A DNA stretch of 64,000 nt from Magnetococcales bacterium (GTDB taxonomy: Bacteria > Pseudomonadota > Magnetococcia > Magnetococcales > UBA8363): assembly GCA_002753515.1 (NCBI GenBank), contig PEAK01000012.1, positions 2 through 64,001 on the forward strand. The letters run 5' to 3'. The number at the start of each line of letters is the position of its first letter. The stretch's first letter is position 1. Under the pieces are notes generated by a model, which ran no database searches, was not told the DNA's origin, and saw nothing but the letters and a program-made list of their open reading frames with translations. The translations under genes were made by a program, and so were the position numbers. Below, one piece after another: positions 11,005 through 20,785 of this stretch.

Positions 11005-11559
11005 TTATTCAATGCGCCATTTGATGCTGCACCCCATGGAGGGGTTTTGCAAGGGTGGCAGCGGTCGACCATCCAGGAGGGCTTGCAGTGCTTCTTTGAG
11101 TTCCTGATGCTTGACCCGGTCCGGTTCCTTGGGGGAATCGTCCAGACGACCGCGATAACGGAGCGTCCGTTGTTTGTCGTAGACAAAGAAATCCGGGGTG
11201 CAAACCGCCCCGTAGTCGCGGGCAACCGATTGCGATGTATCTACAAGATACGGAAATGGTAAATTTTTCGTTCGAGCGAGTTGTTGCATGTTGGAAAAAC
11301 TGTCTTCCGGATAGGCGTGGCTGTCGTTGCTGTTGATGGCGACCATCGCCACGTCTTGCCGGGAAAAATCCTGCCGCAGGGCGATCAAGCGATCCCACAC
11401 CGCTTTGACATACGGACAATGGTTGCACACGAACATGACCAGGAGGAGTGTGCTGCCGCTGAAGCTGCTCAGGCTGTAGGATGATCCATCGACGCCCGGA
11501 AGGGAAAAATCGGCTGCCGGGACGCCCAGTTCCCCGGCAGGGGTATGGAGTAACGCCAT
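11005..11559 (-). CDS. Thioredoxin-like (AhpC/TSA, Prx-like) family protein
   Basis: CNHCPYV CxxC, CTPDFF and SMGCSIKW signatures. Confidence 0.85.
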   Translation of the reverse strand: MALLHTPAGELGVPAADFSLPGVDGSSYSLSSFSGSTLLLVMFVCNHCPYVKAVWDRLIALRQDFSRQDVAMVAINSNDSHAYPEDSFSNMQQLARTKNLPFPYLVDTSQSVARDYGAVCTPDFFVYDKQRTLRYRGRLDDSPKEPDRVKHQELKEALQALLDGRPLPPLQNPSMGCSIKWRIE

Positions 11560-11577
11560 GATCGTGACCTCCTTGGG

Positions 11578-12552
11578 TTAGAATGATCGGTCCATGCTGG
11601 ATGATCCGGGAAGTTCTTGAAATGTCATCACCTTATCGATTCCCTCTTTGTCGAACGCGAGCATCAGCAGGCGATCCACCCCCAAAGCCACCCCCGCGCA
11701 CGACGGAAACCCCGCTTCCATGGCTTGCAAAAATTTGCGATCGATGGGCAGGGGGTTGAGACCATCGCGTCTCCGAGCGGCATTGGCCGTCAGCATCCGT
11801 TGCTCCAGCTCCAGGGGATCCCGCGACTCCTGATAACCATTGGCCAGTTCCACGCCCCGGAAAAACACTTCAAAGCGCCTGGCAACTTTGGGTGGTCCCG
11901 GATTCAGTTCCGCCATACCCGGCTCCCAGGGGGGGAAGCCGGTCAGGATCAGTACCGTGTCCAGGGGGGCGATCGCTGGTTCCAAACGTTGGACGAACAG
12001 GCGATCAACCAACGCGGGGCGATCATCGCCCGGACGCAACACCTCATTCAATGCCTCCGCCAAGGTTTCCAGGGGTGCCTGGAACGGATCCGCTCCAACA
12101 AAGGATTGGAACGCCTCCTGAAAGGTCATGATGCGAATGGCCGGGACGGGCAGGACGAGCTGGATCAAGGTGGTGACCTCGTCCACGAGCTGATCCAGGC
12201 CCCAATGGGGCCGATACCATTCCAACATGGTGAATTCCGGGTGATGCAACCGTCCCGACTCCCCTTGGCGGAAGGCCGGCCCCATTTGGAAAATGGCCCC
12301 TGATCCAGCGGCGACCAAGCGTTTCATACACGTTTCCGGGGATGTCAGCAAAAACCCCCCCGAACAAACCGGTGGGGTTTGATGGCGTTCGGGGGCCACT
12401 TCCGGCAACCATACCGGAGTCGTGACCTCCAACACCCCACGTCCTTCGAAGAAGGCCCTGATTTTTTGGATCGCCTTGGCCCTGAGGCGCAAGGTTTCCA
12501 GGGTGGCGCTTGGCTGCCAGGATTGCCAATCACCCCTTGGCGCGTTCAACAT
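11578..12552 (-). CDS. epmA: EF-P lysine aminoacylase
   Basis: Class II LysRS catalytic core without anticodon domain (TSPE, FRQGE..HHPEF, GVALGVDRL); directly after efp; start set at ATG 12552. Confidence 0.9.
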   Translation of the reverse strand: MLNAPRGDWQSWQPSATLETLRLRAKAIQKIRAFFEGRGVLEVTTPVWLPEVAPERHQTPPVCSGGFLLTSPETCMKRLVAAGSGAIFQMGPAFRQGESGRLHHPEFTMLEWYRPHWGLDQLVDEVTTLIQLVLPVPAIRIMTFQEAFQSFVGADPFQAPLETLAEALNEVLRPGDDRPALVDRLFVQRLEPAIAPLDTVLILTGFPPWEPGMAELNPGPPKVARRFEVFFRGVELANGYQESRDPLELEQRMLTANAARRRDGLNPLPIDRKFLQAMEAGFPSCAGVALGVDRLLMLAFDKEGIDKVMTFQELPGSSSMDRSF

Positions 12553-13093
12553 ATTCGCCGGTCTTGGTGTTGACCCGAATCCGATCCCCCTCGTTGACGA
12601 ACAGCGGAACCTTGACGGTCGCACCGGTTTGGAGGATTGCCGGCTTGGTCGCCCCGGAAACGGTATCCCCTTTGATGCCCGGCTCGCATTGGGTTATGGT
12701 CAGGATGACAAACGGTGGCGGGGTCAGGGAGATGGGTTTCTCCTTCCAAAAGGTGACCTGGTAGCTTTCCTGCTCCTTGAGCCAATGAATGACATCACCC
12801 ACCTGGCTCTTGGTCATGGCGACCTGTTCGTAACTGGCGGGATCCATAAAGTGCCAGAATTCCCCGTCGCCATAGAGAAATTGCATATCCTTGTCGACAA
12901 TGCTTGCCTTAACGACGGTTTCGCTGGATTTATAGGTGCGTTCAATCACCCGGCCGTCGATCAAGTTTTTTATCTTTATTTTGGTAAACGCCTGTCCTTT
13001 TCCTGGTTTGACAAACGAGGCATCCACAATGATCCATGGAAGATCGTCGATTTCAACGCGGGTTCCTTGCCGAAGCTGGTTATGAGTCAGCAT
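12530..13093 (-). CDS. efp: Elongation factor P
   Basis: FVKPGKGQAF with the modified Lys; PGIKGDT and KVPLFVNEGD. Confidence 0.97.
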   Translation of the reverse strand: MLTHNQLRQGTRVEIDDLPWIIVDASFVKPGKGQAFTKIKIKNLIDGRVIERTYKSSETVVKASIVDKDMQFLYGDGEFWHFMDPASYEQVAMTKSQVGDVIHWLKEQESYQVTFWKEKPISLTPPPFVILTITQCEPGIKGDTVSGATKPAILQTGATVKVPLFVNEGDRIRVNTKTGEYVERAKG

Positions 13094-13142
13094 GTTCTTG
13101 ATTTTTCCTGTAACTTAAGTCGAATGACCGTTCAATAGGGAA

Positions 13143-14144
13143 TTGTCTTTGAAGCTCAATAATTCTATCAACCGTGATTCTACCCCCAATCACTCCGAAG
13201 AGGAACCCGATTTTTGCAACACTTCGTGCGGTCGGTCCCTGAATTTTGATGAGGGGGCGTTACGTGCTGCGCACAATTTTGCATTTCGTGTGCCCAGGGT
13301 GTTTTCCGAATTGATTCATTGGCGGGATCCCCAAGACCCCATACTGTTGCAAGTGATGCCTTCGGCCCTGGAATTGATGACGCCTCCCGGTTTCACTGCC
13401 GACCCCCTTGAAGAAGCGCAATTTTTAAAAGCGCCAGGGTTGTTGGTCAAATATCCGGGGCGGGTGTTGATGCGCCTGACGGGCCAGTGTCCCATCCATT
13501 GCCGTTATTGCTTCCGCCGCCACGACACCTTCCAGGATGTTCCGACTCAGGGGGACGCATGGCGACCGGCCTTGGAATGGATTCGCCGTGATCCATCGAT
13601 TCATGAAGTGATTTTTTCCGGGGGTGATCCGTTGATGGTTGCCAACGATGACCTGTTGGCTTTGACGACCGAGCTGCAAACCATGGGGCACCTGAAACGC
13701 CTGCGTTTGCACACCCGCATGCCGGTGTGCAGTCCGGGAAGGATCAACAACGGCTTTTTGGTCTGGCTGACGGAGTTGAAACTGACGCCCATCATCATCA
13801 TCCACGTCAACCATCCCAACGAACTGGGGCGGGAAGGGGGTGCGGCTTTGGCACGATTGGCGGCAGCGGGTGTCACGTTGCTCAACCAATCGGTACTCCT
13901 CAAGGGGATCAATGATACGGTCGATGTCTTGGAATCTCTTTCAGATATCCTCATACAAAATCGGGTTGTTCCGTATTATCTGCACCTGTTGGACCCCGTG
14001 GCGGGTGCTGCCCATTTCCGGGTGGACGAAGCCCGGGCCAGGTCGTTGTTACGCGACTTGCGGCAAAGAACATCCGGCTATGCCGTCCCCAGGTTGGCCT
14101 GGGAACACCCCTGGCAACTGGCCAAGGAGGTTCTTGAGGCTTGA
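13143..14144 (+). CDS. epmB: EF-P beta-lysylation lysine 2,3-aminomutase (radical SAM, KamA family)
   Basis: CPIHCRYCFRRH, SGGDPL, NQSVLLKGIND and PYYLHLLD motifs; divergent from efp; exact start uncertain. Confidence 0.88.
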   Translation: MSLKLNNSINRDSTPNHSEEEPDFCNTSCGRSLNFDEGALRAAHNFAFRVPRVFSELIHWRDPQDPILLQVMPSALELMTPPGFTADPLEEAQFLKAPGLLVKYPGRVLMRLTGQCPIHCRYCFRRHDTFQDVPTQGDAWRPALEWIRRDPSIHEVIFSGGDPLMVANDDLLALTTELQTMGHLKRLRLHTRMPVCSPGRINNGFLVWLTELKLTPIIIIHVNHPNELGREGGAALARLAAAGVTLLNQSVLLKGINDTVDVLESLSDILIQNRVVPYYLHLLDPVAGAAHFRVDEARARSLLRDLRQRTSGYAVPRLAWEHPWQLAKEVLEA

Positions 14145-14186
14145 GAAGGAACCTGTACGGACTGCATCGGACGTTCAACGAAATTA

Positions 14187-14249
14187 TGCTTGGTGGCCTA
14201 CAATGTGTAATGGGTCACCATCAATGAAACTGTGGCAGGCCACCAAGCA
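14187..14249. terminator. 13-bp inverted repeat between convergent epmB and TAXI genes
   Basis: TGCTTGGTGGCCT (14187-14199) is the exact reverse complement of AGGCCACCAAGCA (14237-14249). Confidence 0.45.
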
Positions 14250-14336
14250 AGCGTACCTTCGGTTTGAAATTGTTCGGCAAAGCTGGCCGTAGCTTTCGTC
14301 ACCGAATGAGATGACCTTCGCATCTTTAATTGGTGT

Positions 14337-15332
14337 TCACTTGTTTTTTTCCAACGTGAACCATCCCCGCTGGGCAAAATATTTTAAAGCACCATTGTGA
14401 TAGGGGATGCTGAATTCCGGCAACATGGAACGGGGGGACAAGTGCGCAAAGGCAGGGTTATCTTTCATCAATGTTTCCAAATTTTCAAAAACTCCCTTAA
14501 CAATGGCCAGGATTGTCTCCTCTGGGTCATCCGTGTGCGCCATGACCCATACTTGCATGCCAAACGTGGGAACATCGGCATCCATTCCGCGATAGAGTCC
14601 CCCGGGAATGCGCCCCTTTTGATAATAGGAGCGTTTGCCGATCAACTGGGCAATACAGTTTTCCGTCAATGGGAGAAATAGGACGGGTTGTTCCTGAGCC
14701 AGTTGGGTAACGCTGGGGCTGGGATGACTCGAAATGGCGAACACGGCATCCACGGAATGATCTTTCAAGCCCGAAACAGCCTGGGACGTACTGCCCTTGA
14801 CTCGAGTCAAGGCATCGGTGCTGATGGTGCAGGATTTCAGGATATCCATCACAACCGAGTCATCGTCGGACCCCTCGTCACCCCATCCGATCCGTTTGCC
14901 CGGGATGTCGCGAAAGGTTGATACCCCGGTATCCTGAGTGGTGATCAGGGTTACCATATCTTGGTGCAAGGCGAACAAGACCCGTAGATTGTCAAAACGT
15001 TCTTTGAATGGGGGTTGCCCAAACCAGGCGCGGTAGGCCAGGTCGGCCCGGGCAAGGCCCAACGTAACCTTACCCTCGTGCAAGGCCGATACATTATGCA
15101 TGGAACCATCGCTGGCGAGGTTTTCACAATGAGCCGTGGCATCTCCCCGGACGACGGTCTGGCACACAGCGGCCCCTGCCATGTATTCCATACTGCTCGA
15201 GTTGCCGGAACCGATGCTCACCTTGATGGGAGGAGGGGGTGCGGCCTCTTTGGCCTTTTCTCCTCCCAGGTTGCAACCAGCCGTGAACAGGAAACTGACC
15301 ACTATTCCGGCACCAATCAGTGATTTTTTCAT
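14337..15332 (-). CDS. TAXI-family TRAP transporter solute-binding lipoprotein
   Basis: MKK signal peptide with lipobox-like TAGC; SDGSMHNV and IPYHNGALKYF motifs; start set at ATG 15332. Confidence 0.85.
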   Translation of the reverse strand: MKKSLIGAGIVVSFLFTAGCNLGGEKAKEAAPPPPIKVSIGSGNSSSMEYMAGAAVCQTVVRGDATAHCENLASDGSMHNVSALHEGKVTLGLARADLAYRAWFGQPPFKERFDNLRVLFALHQDMVTLITTQDTGVSTFRDIPGKRIGWGDEGSDDDSVVMDILKSCTISTDALTRVKGSTSQAVSGLKDHSVDAVFAISSHPSPSVTQLAQEQPVLFLPLTENCIAQLIGKRSYYQKGRIPGGLYRGMDADVPTFGMQVWVMAHTDDPEETILAIVKGVFENLETLMKDNPAFAHLSPRSMLPEFSIPYHNGALKYFAQRGWFTLEKNK

Positions 15333-15438
15333 GCGGACCTCAATAAATGATCGAACGTCACCTTGCCATGCATGCACCAGGTACCCTAAACTCATTGCCT
15401 TCAGGCCTTCATCCACCCTTCGCCAGGCCACCATTAGC

Positions 15439-16533
15439 ATGCATGCCAACAATACAGCACCCTCCACTCACCCGGAACCCCAATCCTTGTTCCTGCGCGC
15501 CTGCCTGGGGCTTGAGGTCAGGCGAACACCCGTCTGGTTGATGCGACAGGCTGGACGTTATCTGCCCGAATATCGGGAGGTGCGTAAACTGGCCGGGGAC
15601 TTCCTCTCCCTGTGCAAAAACCCCGAGCTGGCTGCACGAGTGACGCTGCAACCGTTGCAACGTTTTGAACTGGATGCGGCCATTTTATTTTCCGACATTC
15701 TCGTTATACCCGAAGCCATGGGGATGGAACTACACTTCTTGGAGGGGGAGGGGCCACATTTTCCCAAACCATTGCGCCGCATGGCTGATTTGGACAGGCT
15801 CGTTCCCCCCGATCCCCGGAATCAGTTGGGTTACGTCCTGGCCGCCATCCGCACCATTCGCCAACAATTGCCGGCTGGGATGCCCCTCATCGGGTTTTCC
15901 GGATCGCCCTGGACCTTGGCGACCTACATGATTGAAGGGGGCTCCAGTAAAAAATTTTCCCTGATCAAAACCTTACTGTACAACGATCCCGAATTTTTGG
16001 AAGCATTATTGGATCGCCTGGTTGTCGCAGTGACGCATTATTTAAATGCCCAGATTGACCATGGGGTCCAGGCGGTACAATTGTTTGACACCTGGGGGGG
16101 GATCCTGGGGCCTGACGAATACAGGCGTTTTTCCCTGGAGCCCATGGCACGTATCATCGCCGGGTTGAAACGTCATGGCACCGATGGTGTCCGCATTCCG
16201 ATCATCGTATTTTCCAAAGGGTGTGGCGGCTACCTTGAAACCATTGCCAGCTCCGGTTGTGACGTTATCGGACTCGACTGGACCATGGCGCTGGATCAGG
16301 CGCGTCGGCAGTTGGGACCACGGATCGCCTTGCAAGGCAACCTGGACCCTGCCGTTCTTTATGCCACCCCTGAGCGCATCCGGCTTGAAGTGCGTCGTGT
16401 CTTAGAGACTTTAGGGCGACAAAATGGTCACATTTTCAACCTTGGGCACGGTGTGGAACCCAACATGGATCCCGACAAGGTACAGACGCTGATACAAGCC
16501 GTACACGAGATCAGTGGTGCCCTACGCGCCTGA
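15439..16533 (+). CDS. hemE: Uroporphyrinogen decarboxylase
   Basis: RTPVWLMRQAGRYLPEYR, AAILFSDIL, LQGNLDP and HIFNLGHG motifs. Confidence 0.96.
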   Translation: MHANNTAPSTHPEPQSLFLRACLGLEVRRTPVWLMRQAGRYLPEYREVRKLAGDFLSLCKNPELAARVTLQPLQRFELDAAILFSDILVIPEAMGMELHFLEGEGPHFPKPLRRMADLDRLVPPDPRNQLGYVLAAIRTIRQQLPAGMPLIGFSGSPWTLATYMIEGGSSKKFSLIKTLLYNDPEFLEALLDRLVVAVTHYLNAQIDHGVQAVQLFDTWGGILGPDEYRRFSLEPMARIIAGLKRHGTDGVRIPIIVFSKGCGGYLETIASSGCDVIGLDWTMALDQARRQLGPRIALQGNLDPAVLYATPERIRLEVRRVLETLGRQNGHIFNLGHGVEPNMDPDKVQTLIQAVHEISGALRA

Positions 16534-16542
16534 CGGCGGGAT

Positions 16543-16911
16543 TCAGGCGAGCAGTCGGGTGACCGCTTGACGGACGTCTTCGGGGGAGAATGGTTTGGCC
16601 AAGACCTGTAGAGCCCCGAAATCTTTGGCCATATCCAGATTGAAGGAGGCGTCCAGACCGCGTCCCCCGCCCGACATGGCAATGATGCGCACGCCTGGAA
16701 AACTTTCGGTGAGTTCCATGATGACCTCAACCCCATCCTTGAGCGGCATGAGGATATCGGTGAAGATCAGGTCGAAGTGTCCGGCACGAAACGACTCCAA
16801 CCCGGAGTTGCCATCGGTTGCTTCGTCGACTCGGTGCCCATCTTCCTCAAGGATAGCGCGGACATAGGCACGGATGGTGGGATCGTCGTCGATGATGAGT
16901 ATGGTAGCCAA
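16543..16911 (-). CDS. Single-domain response regulator (REC)
   Basis: IIDDD, TDILMP..DG and AKPF receiver residues. Confidence 0.9.
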   Translation of the reverse strand: MATILIIDDDPTIRAYVRAILEEDGHRVDEATDGNSGLESFRAGHFDLIFTDILMPLKDGVEVIMELTESFPGVRIIAMSGGGRGLDASFNLDMAKDFGALQVLAKPFSPEDVRQAVTRLLA

Positions 16912-16996
16912 ATTTTTTAAGTTCCATTATCAAAAGTTGTATCGGAGCGAAACAATGCCACCATGGATCAAGGCCCCGGCTTACGCCTGCATCGCA

Positions 16997-17386
16997 CTAA
17001 TGCGACTGTGACGATCCATCACCCTTCCCCTGGGTCAGGTGGTAAGCGGCCACCGAAGCCTCTTTGACCTCGTGAATCATCTCCTGTTTGGCCTGGAGCA
17101 ACAATTCCATGGGCATACCTGTAGCCTTGGCAATTTTTTTCAAACCTTCCTCTTGTTGGAAATGACGGGTGGCCAGAGTGATTTTGACAAAATCATCCAG
17201 AATGACAGCACGAAACCCGGCATCGGCCACCATGTTCACGTATTCTTTGGCCTTGTTCCAGCTTTGACCATCGGCCAAGGCTTTGGTGATGGCCGCCATG
17301 GCCTGGTCATACAGCCGGTTATCTTCATCGGAATAACCCGGATCGGCAACTTGAAATCGCAACTGATAATCGTCCTGATCGCTCAT
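16997..17386 (-). CDS. Hypothetical protein, translationally coupled to secF
   Basis: 129-aa ORF overlapping the secF stop by ATGA; plausible helical protein. Confidence 0.65.
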   Translation of the reverse strand: MSDQDDYQLRFQVADPGYSDEDNRLYDQAMAAITKALADGQSWNKAKEYVNMVADAGFRAVILDDFVKITLATRHFQQEEGLKKIAKATGMPMELLLQAKQEMIHEVKEASVAAYHLTQGKGDGSSQSH

Positions 17387-18321
17387 GATGCCACCTCTTC
17401 TTTGGGGGCCGTTTTGGCATGATCGGGCCGTTTCTTCTCAAAGAACAACACGATGGGGCTAGCGACAAAGATAGAAGAATAGGTTCCGACGATAATGCCG
17501 AAGAGTAACACGAGGGCAAAATCGTGAATCACCTCGCCGCCGAAAAATAACAAAGCCAAAAGCACCATGACGACCGTGCCCGAGGTGATAACCGTACGCG
17601 ACAAGGTACGATTGATAGCGATATTGATCACTTCGGCCAAACTTGATTTTTTGTTACGCCGCATTTCTTCGCGTATTCGATCATAGATGACGATGGTATC
17701 GTTGATGGAATAGCCGACGATGGTGAGGACGGCGGCGACGATGGTCAAGGTGAACTCTTTTTGCAGGATGGATAACAATCCCAGGGAACAATAGGCATCG
17801 TGGGCCAGGGCGATGATGGCACCATAGGCGAAACGCAACTCGAAGCGCCACGCAACGTAGATAAGTATGGCACCGATGGAATAGAGCATGGCTAAAAATC
17901 CTTTCTGCTCCAGTTCGGCCCCCACCTGGGGTCCGACGAATTCCACCCGTCTGAGTTCGATGGGATCCTTGCCAACCAACGGTTCCAGGGCTTTGACGAT
18001 TTTGGCTGCCAACTCACCCGGTTTTCCATCGTCACCGGTTTGTTTTTGCACGCGCAGGATGATTTCCTCGCGGGTACCGAACTCTTGGATAACGACGTCA
18101 CCCAAGCCCAGGCCGACCATGGTGGTGCGAATATCCTGTAACGCTGGCGGTGCTTGGAAACGCAACTGGATCAGGGTACCACCCGCAAAATCGATTCCCA
18201 TGTGCATTCCCTGGGTTGCCAGGGAGATGGTGGAGGCGACGAACATCAGGCCGGTCAGCAGGTAGGCTATCCAACTGATGCCGACAAAATCGATACTGGT
18301 CTTGTGAGGAAATATTTCCAT
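17383..18321 (-). CDS. secF: Protein translocase subunit SecF
   Basis: GIDFAGG, VGPQVG, GYSINDTIV.YDRIRE and GTYSSIFVA motifs. Confidence 0.96.
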   Translation of the reverse strand: MEIFPHKTSIDFVGISWIAYLLTGLMFVASTISLATQGMHMGIDFAGGTLIQLRFQAPPALQDIRTTMVGLGLGDVVIQEFGTREEIILRVQKQTGDDGKPGELAAKIVKALEPLVGKDPIELRRVEFVGPQVGAELEQKGFLAMLYSIGAILIYVAWRFELRFAYGAIIALAHDAYCSLGLLSILQKEFTLTIVAAVLTIVGYSINDTIVIYDRIREEMRRNKKSSLAEVINIAINRTLSRTVITSGTVVMVLLALLFFGGEVIHDFALVLLFGIIVGTYSSIFVASPIVLFFEKKRPDHAKTAPKEEVAS

Positions 18322-18367
18322 GATGAAACCCGAACCCTCTTTTGGCAGACTGGAGTCATTCAGCCTT

Positions 18368-19960
18368 CTAGATACTCAATGATTTAATGCGCCGGTTTTT
18401 CAGCACCATGGCCAGAACCACCCGGGTAACGAAGATGGCGGTGAACATGGACGCCACCAAGCCGATGGCCAGGCTGACGGCAAATCCTTTGACCGGCCCG
18501 GTACCGAATTGGAACAGGATCAATGCGGTGATCAGCGTTGTGATGTGCGAGTCCAGGATGGTGATGAAGGCGGTGTCATATCCCAGATCAATGGCCAAGA
18601 GTGGCGGTTTGCCGGTACGCAATTCTTCACGGACGCGTTCGTTGACCAGCACGTTGGCATCCACCGACATACCGACGAGCAAGACCATGCCAGCGATGCC
18701 CGGCAGGGTCAACGTGGCCTGGATCCAGGCCAGGATTGCCAGAAGGATGACAATGTTGAGGGCCACGGCCAGATTGGCCAGCCAGCCAACGGCACGATAA
18801 TAGATGCCCATGAATGCCAATACCAGAAGGCTGCCGACGAGGGCGGCGGTGATGCCATGTTCGATGGAATCCCGACCCAGGGTGGGGCCGACGGTTCGTT
18901 CTTCCATGATGGTGACCGGGGCGGGCAAGGCACCCGCTCTCAGGATGATGGCCAGGTCATGGGCTTCTTCAGCGGTGAAGCTGCCGCTGATCTGTGCCCG
19001 TCCGCCATCGATCCGTTCCCGAATGACCGGGGCGGAATAGACGGTGTTATCCAGGACGATGGCCATGCGTTCATTGACGTGCTCGGCGGTCAGTTGCGAA
19101 AACTTGCGTGCCCCCTGGCTGTTGAAAGTAATGGAAACGTAGGGTTCGTTGTACTGGGAGTCAAAGTTGACCCGGGCATCGGTCAACAGTTCACCGGACA
19201 AGACGGTCCGTTTTTTGAGGAGATAAGGTTGGCGATTGGCTTTTTTTGTTTTTTTATCGTTTTGTTCGCCATACAGCACGATATCACCTGCGGGAACACG
19301 TCCTTCCAGGGCGGCAGCCAGATCACCCTTTTCATCGACCACTTTGAACTCCAGACGTGCGGTGCGGCCAATCAGGGCTTTGGCACGGGAGGAATCTTTC
19401 AATCCCGGCAGTTGTACCAGGATGCGATCCTCCCCCTGTTTTTGGATGGTGGGTTCGGCCACCCCGAACTGGTCGATACGCGAGCGGATGGTCTGAATGG
19501 ATTGTTCCACCGCAAAGTTGCGCATCTCCTTTTGATCTTTGGGATTGATGGTCAGCTTGAGGGTGGTGTGATCCGGATCCTCCGTGATGACGGCATGGGG
19601 TATTTCGGTGGCCAAAACCTTGCGTGCCTGTGCCATCTCATCGGGTTGTGACAGTTTGACGCTGACCTCTTCCTTGCCCGAGTGTTCCACCCCCCGATAA
19701 CGCAATTTGGCATTGCGCATGACCCCGCGAACATCATCCACCATGTTTTCCGCGGCCTGTTCCACGGCTTTGTCCACCTCCACGTGCAATAGGAGGTACA
19801 ACCCACCCTGGAGATCCAATCCCCGGGCGATCACCAGTTGCGGCAGCCACGATGGCCACCAGGAAGGAACCCCGCCCATCATGCTCGGGGCCGCGTAGAG
19901 CAGGGAGAACAGGGCGACCACAAACACCGTCACCGGTTTCCACAAGGGTAGAGGTTTCAT
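18368..19960 (-). CDS. secD: Protein translocase subunit SecD
   Basis: RGLDLQGG, RIDQFGVAEP, GALPAP and GMSVDANVL..ER.REE motifs. Confidence 0.96.
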   Translation of the reverse strand: MKPLPLWKPVTVFVVALFSLLYAAPSMMGGVPSWWPSWLPQLVIARGLDLQGGLYLLLHVEVDKAVEQAAENMVDDVRGVMRNAKLRYRGVEHSGKEEVSVKLSQPDEMAQARKVLATEIPHAVITEDPDHTTLKLTINPKDQKEMRNFAVEQSIQTIRSRIDQFGVAEPTIQKQGEDRILVQLPGLKDSSRAKALIGRTARLEFKVVDEKGDLAAALEGRVPAGDIVLYGEQNDKKTKKANRQPYLLKKRTVLSGELLTDARVNFDSQYNEPYVSITFNSQGARKFSQLTAEHVNERMAIVLDNTVYSAPVIRERIDGGRAQISGSFTAEEAHDLAIILRAGALPAPVTIMEERTVGPTLGRDSIEHGITAALVGSLLVLAFMGIYYRAVGWLANLAVALNIVILLAILAWIQATLTLPGIAGMVLLVGMSVDANVLVNERVREELRTGKPPLLAIDLGYDTAFITILDSHITTLITALILFQFGTGPVKGFAVSLAIGLVASMFTAIFVTRVVLAMVLKNRRIKSLSI

Positions 19961-19999
19961 GATTGTTCAACCAACGTTGAAGTGAGCCAGAAGAGAGGC

Positions 20000-20389
20000 T
20001 TATTTATCTTTGTCTTTGTCTTTCTCTTTGTCCTTGGTGTCCGTGGCCCCGGCTTTGGCGGTCACCAGGGAAATGGTGCCGCGTTTCACCTTGACCCGCA
20101 GGGGACGAAAGCTTTTGTCACCGACTTCCACTTCGCCCAGTTCCACGACAACGGTATCGTCTTCCACGCGATGAACCTTGCCGATGAGACCGCCACCGGT
20201 AACGATGGCATCGCCTCGTTGCAGGTTTTGAATCATCTCTTTGTGAATTTTTTGTTGCTTTTGCTGTGGTCTGAGCAGCAAAAAATAGAAAATGGCGAAC
20301 AACAGGACCATGAAAATAATGTTGCCCATAGCGGCCTGGGTACCCGTGGCACTGGTCTGGGCGTGAGCTTCGCGGATCAAATCAAACAT
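20000..20389 (-). CDS. yajC: Preprotein translocase subunit YajC
   Basis: FYFLLLRPQQK and GD.IVTGGGLIG motifs; upstream of secD. Confidence 0.92.
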   Translation of the reverse strand: MFDLIREAHAQTSATGTQAAMGNIIFMVLLFAIFYFLLLRPQQKQQKIHKEMIQNLQRGDAIVTGGGLIGKVHRVEDDTVVVELGEVEVGDKSFRPLRVKVKRGTISLVTAKAGATDTKDKEKDKDKDK

Positions 20390-20437
20390 CCTTGGCACCT
20401 CAGAATGATGGTTGCAAACCAACAAAGGGAGTCCAGC

Positions 20438-20466
20438 ACAATAGGAAGAATGTCACCTTTTTTCAA
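20438..20466 (-). promoter_or_regulatory. Putative sigma70 promoter of yajC-secDF
   Basis: On the minus strand TTGAAA (-35), a 17-nt spacer and TATTGT (-10), about 50 nt upstream of the yajC ATG. Confidence 0.5.
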
Positions 20467-20785
20467 GGGATGATCGGCAGAGTTGGCGATTCACCCTTTC
20501 TTTAAGTGCTGTGACACCTCCCGCTTCCCGGCGCAACCCGGTAGCCAATTGGCACTTTGTCCCATTGAAATAAAAAATATCTGTACAACAACGCAAGAAT
20601 TTCCGAAAAAGAGTGAGTTGTGGGAAAAAACGGTTTATGATCGGCTTGAATATGATTGCTTGTCGCCGCATGGGATGGAATGATGAGATAATTTAAGGTA
20701 TACATGTGGCTTTAGTACCAATTCTGGATCGTCTTGAGACGCTTGTTGTGATCCTTAACGCGTGTGGATGGCACGTAACATAATC

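Noticed and set aside
15136-15467. Apparent long overlap of hemE and TAXI ORFs
   Set aside because: Artefact of longest-ORF calling; the likely starts (15332 on -, 15439 on +) leave a normal divergent gap.
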